A stretch of 64,000 nucleotides of DNA from Adineta vaga (taxonomy: Eukaryota > Animalia > Rotifera), in assembly GCA_021613535.1 (NCBI GenBank), contig CP075493.1, positions 620,001 through 684,000 of the forward strand, given 5' to 3'. Positions 60,573-64,000 of the stretch are shown piece after piece; within the stretch, counting starts at the first letter, position 1; each line of letters begins with the position of its first letter. The notes under the pieces were generated by a model. It was not told the DNA's origin. It worked only from the letters and a program-made list of their open reading frames with translations, and ran no database searches. The position numbers and the translations under genes were made by a program.

Positions 60573-61211
60573 GGGAAAATTTGATTTCCCACTACACCAA
60601 TCGATGGTTCTTAGATTTAGGTACATTTCTTCTAGCAAGTGTTTTCTGAAACTCCGAACTTTCTCTAGCGCCGACATCTTTTTTTCTGATCATCCAGAAA
60701 ATCCCATGTATTTTTGCTTGTGCGATCGAATAAGGAGAGAAGAATAGCTGGTGCGATGAATTAATGGCAAGTGACTAAATCGCATCACACACTTTTTTCG
60801 ATTAAAACCGAAAACCAAGTACGAAGACATCGTGCGATCTAAATGAAACACACACCAGTCGATAGAGCTCGAGGAGATGAATCCAATGGTCTAGGTTCCA
60901 ACGAGAAATAAGTAATTTTAATGCGTTGAAATGCAGGTTTTTACAGAATTTTATATTTTTTTGCTGGAAATGATGTAATTGGGGAAGAAAAATAGATGGT
61001 AAAATGTAATTGGGAAGAGCATGGAACGCGAGAAAAATCGAAGTAGGTCCGATTGTAACGGCCCGTGTTCAGTCAAATCTCAAGCTAATTTGATGAAAAA
61101 CATGTAGTTCGATAGAGAAATGTTTGTTCTACTCCGCTTTTCAAAAATCAGCTCAAACGGATGTTGGAGAGCGGAGATATTGGAGTTTTATTGAGAGATT
61201 TTAAGAATCTC

Positions 61212-61446
61212 GAGGGTGTGGGTGGATGTGGGTGTAGGTGGATGTGGGTGTGGGTGTAGATATGAGTGAAGAAGATATACACACACCCACACCCTCACCC
61301 TCACCCACACCCACACCCTCACCCACACCCTCACCCACACCCACACCCACACCCTCACCCTCACCCACACCCACACCCTCACCCACACCCTCACCCACAC
61401 CCACACCCACACCCTCACCCTCACCCACACCCACACCCACACCCTC
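61212..61446. repeat. Interstitial telomere-type array: G-rich arm followed by an expanded (CCCACA/CCCTCA)n arm
   Basis: GAGGGTGTGGGTGGATGTGGG... then about 27 hexamers mixing CACCCA and CACCCT with 60-bp higher-order periodicity. TGTGGG and TGAGGG are reported bdelloid telomeric repeats. Confidence 0.85.
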
Positions 61447-61864
61447 ATTTCTTCCATTCGTCCAGTGAACGCGCTATGCAGCGTTGCTTTCCTATATTTT
61501 TATCTCTAATGTGTGAAAACGCCGTTTTCGCCGTTATCTATCTGCGTGGATGGTCACTTTATTTTACGTTGCACGCATCGCTTGCGTTCTCCACTGGGTG
61601 ATGTTATATATGCAGCGAAGAACGCAAGAAATGCGACACAAGGTGCTCGTTGCGATACTTGTGCGCATTTTATTTCAGTGTATAATTTTTTCTATATGAT
61701 ATCATCATTTTAATCATGTAAGATGTTTAGAAGTGTTGTAGATTTTCTCTAGATAGAAACAAATCTATATAAATAGTACGTATCAAGCTTCAGCTGTTGA
61801 CGAATACCGTCCTGTTTGACGATTGAAACGTATTTCGAGAGTCGTTTATATACTATTTTAAAAA

Positions 61865-63931
61865 ATGATCAAAAACGAGGGCGTCAACGAAGTTCAGTTA
61901 CATGAATTGACACGATGGAAAAACTCCGATTTTCAAACCGACGTAGAGGACAATTATGTCTCCGATGAGAAGATTGTGATTATTTGTGGCTGTGGTCGAA
62001 GTGGAACGACACTATTGCGGGTTATGTTGGATACTCATTCTCGTATAGCATGTGGTCCCGAATCACAATTGTTTTTACCATTAAAAATAGAATTAAATGA
62101 ATTGTCGAAGAAGTTTAATATTGAATTAGAAATACTTGAAAGAATGCTCAATACGTCTAACAGTAAAGTGAAATTTATTGAAATTTTCATTAAACTTTAC
62201 TTACAAAAAACAAACAAAACGATTTGGGCCGACAAAACATCAAGAAACATTCATCGGCTAGCATATATTTTGAAACATTTTCCCAATGCTAAAATAATAC
62301 ATGTGATACGGAACGGTAGAGATGTAGTAGCATCTTTGAAAACGCATAGAAAACGAATGATTTCTGATGGGAAACTAATCCCTACTGGATTTATTATGCC
62401 TTTGCAAGACTGTATCGATCGATGGTTACTATCTATTCGCGATGGTCTACCTTTTCGAAATAATGCAAATTACATGGAGGTTCAATACGAAGCGCTTGTA
62501 TTCAATACAAATCAAACATTAAAGAATATTTGTCAATTTATTGGTGTTGAATTTGAACAAACGATGATGAACTACTATGCCATTGACGATCATTCAAGAA
62601 ATCCATTTAATTTTCCGCAAAATACTGAAGCCACAAGACCTATATCATCAGAATCGATTGGTCGATGGAAGCGAGATTTAAACGAAACTGAACTAGAACA
62701 GGTCATGTTACAGATAGATCCAGTTATAGAAAAAATTGGTTATCTACCAACTAACAATAGTTTCGACGTCGATAGGAAACCATATTTGGCTATTCCAGTT
62801 ATTGATGCTCCCATTGTAGAAAAAATCATCGAAAATGACATGAATTTTATAAAAGAACATGTGTTAAAAGCTTTTACGATACTCAAGACAGATGAATCTC
62901 ATATGACACAACCTGCAAAACATTATCTACAAAGAAGATCTGCAACAAGTGGATGTGATCGAATTATTGCAATGCCATATTATCTTGAAGGACAAAATGG
63001 TATAGCAGGAATAAAATGGATAGGAAGCAACGAAAATAATTCTTCGATTGGAATAAATCGAGCTAATTCTATTCTTATATTGAACAATATAAAAACTAAC
63101 GCTCCAATATGTATTATGGATGATGGAGTAATTAGTTCAATGAGAACATTTGCCATTTCAATCATAGCAATCGAAATGTTCGTACCTTTACCAAAAAAGA
63201 TTGCATGTATTGGCATTGGAAAATTAGGTCGAATGCATGCAGTAATGTTATCTAAATATTTTCCAACGATTGAAAAAACGTTCTGCTTCTCTAACAAGAG
63301 CAATTTTGATGATATTGTTAGTGAAAAAATTATTAAATGTAATAGTTGGTTGGAAGCTATACAACAAGCAGAAGTTATTGTGACAACTACTACAGCAAAT
63401 GAACCATATATTAAAGCTGATGATATTCACGGTGATAAATTATTAATCAATCTATCATTGATGGATTTTGATTTGAGTGTTTTTCAAAAATCATCCGTAA
63501 TTATTGTGGACAACTGGTTTCAATGTACTCAAGCAAAGAAAGTTTTCAAACAAGGAGTTGATAGTGGAATTATTCAACGACATCATGTTATCGAATTTGG
63601 AGATTTAATTGTAGAAAAAAATACAAAGAATAAATATCCTAAAAATGGAATTATTATGGTTAACGCTTTGGGGATGGCAATTGAAGATATTATTGTCGCT
63701 CAGGCTGTCTACAATAAATTAATGTTTATGTCTACAATAAAGCCTAATTACTTTTATATGGACAATCGACAGAATCCTTTGACTGATCCAGCAGTAAGTG
63801 ACACAATAAATACATATAATCCCTATAATAAGTTAATTGAAAAACTTGAAAACGATAAAAATTTATTACAACAACATGTTCAAATGCTTAAACAAGAGAT
63901 CGAGACTCTGAAAAAGTCTTCTCTGCCATGA
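61865..63931 (+). CDS. Fusion protein: PAPS-dependent sulfotransferase + SbnB-like (ornithine cyclodeaminase/mu-crystallin family) dehydrogenase + C-terminal coiled coil; intronless
   Basis: Sulfotransferase 5'-PSB GCGRSGTTLL, WADKT and 3'-PB IRNGRDVVAS. SbnB-like QPAKHYL, DRIIAMP, GIKWIGS, RANSILILN, ISSMRT, Rossmann IGIGKLG, VDNWFQC and GMAIEDI. TATATAAA at 61766-61773. Confidence 0.88.
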   Translation: MIKNEGVNEVQLHELTRWKNSDFQTDVEDNYVSDEKIVIICGCGRSGTTLLRVMLDTHSRIACGPESQLFLPLKIELNELSKKFNIELEILERMLNTSNSKVKFIEIFIKLYLQKTNKTIWADKTSRNIHRLAYILKHFPNAKIIHVIRNGRDVVASLKTHRKRMISDGKLIPTGFIMPLQDCIDRWLLSIRDGLPFRNNANYMEVQYEALVFNTNQTLKNICQFIGVEFEQTMMNYYAIDDHSRNPFNFPQNTEATRPISSESIGRWKRDLNETELEQVMLQIDPVIEKIGYLPTNNSFDVDRKPYLAIPVIDAPIVEKIIENDMNFIKEHVLKAFTILKTDESHMTQPAKHYLQRRSATSGCDRIIAMPYYLEGQNGIAGIKWIGSNENNSSIGINRANSILILNNIKTNAPICIMDDGVISSMRTFAISIIAIEMFVPLPKKIACIGIGKLGRMHAVMLSKYFPTIEKTFCFSNKSNFDDIVSEKIIKCNSWLEAIQQAEVIVTTTTANEPYIKADDIHGDKLLINLSLMDFDLSVFQKSSVIIVDNWFQCTQAKKVFKQGVDSGIIQRHHVIEFGDLIVEKNTKNKYPKNGIIMVNALGMAIEDIIVAQAVYNKLMFMSTIKPNYFYMDNRQNPLTDPAVSDTINTYNPYNKLIEKLENDKNLLQQHVQMLKQEIETLKKSSLP

Positions 63932-64000
63932 TCACAATTTTGATACTGACTTTGATAAATGAACTTCAACTTTTCTCTAAATTCCATATCTCGCTTCTAA

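Noticed and set aside
61188-61601. ORFs with (VW)n, (GV)n, (PT)n and (HP)n peptides
   Set aside because: They are translations of the hexamer telomere-type repeat, not proteins.
1-64000. Bacterial contig or operon interpretation
   Set aside because: Spliceosomal introns, SINE, LTR and mariner elements, GPCR and ABCC genes interleave with the foreign-type genes; no operon structure.

Overview
AT-rich eukaryotic DNA with short GT-AG introns, most consistent with a bdelloid rotifer (Rotaria/Adineta-like). This is inferred from TGTGGG/TGAGGG telomere-type repeats, many intronless foreign-looking genes, ADP-ribosyltransferase (ART) family genes and the transposon repertoire. (i) Putatively horizontally acquired genes, some intact and some decaying: ferritin-like pseudogene, FAD monooxygenase with a nonsense codon, SAM methyltransferase, alpha/beta hydrolase, fungal-type amino-acid permease, and an intact sulfotransferase-SbnB fusion. 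(ii) A four-exon receptor-like gene with a cytoplasmic ART domain, one TM helix and 14 FG-GAP repeats, plus two further ART-related loci. (iii) A complete, recently inserted Ty3/gypsy LTR retrotransposon with gag, pol and a small Cys-rich membrane ORF3. (iv) A mariner interrupted by a Helentron-type non-autonomous element, and a Helentron helicase remnant joined head-to-head with an env-like fusion glycoprotein remnant. (v) A SINE, several MITEs and about a dozen short head-to-head telomere-repeat palindromes. (vi) Ordinary metazoan genes: ABCC4-like transporter, GPCR, PAN/apple protein, PPPDE-like peptidase. All family assignments come from motif recognition by eye; no database searches were run.
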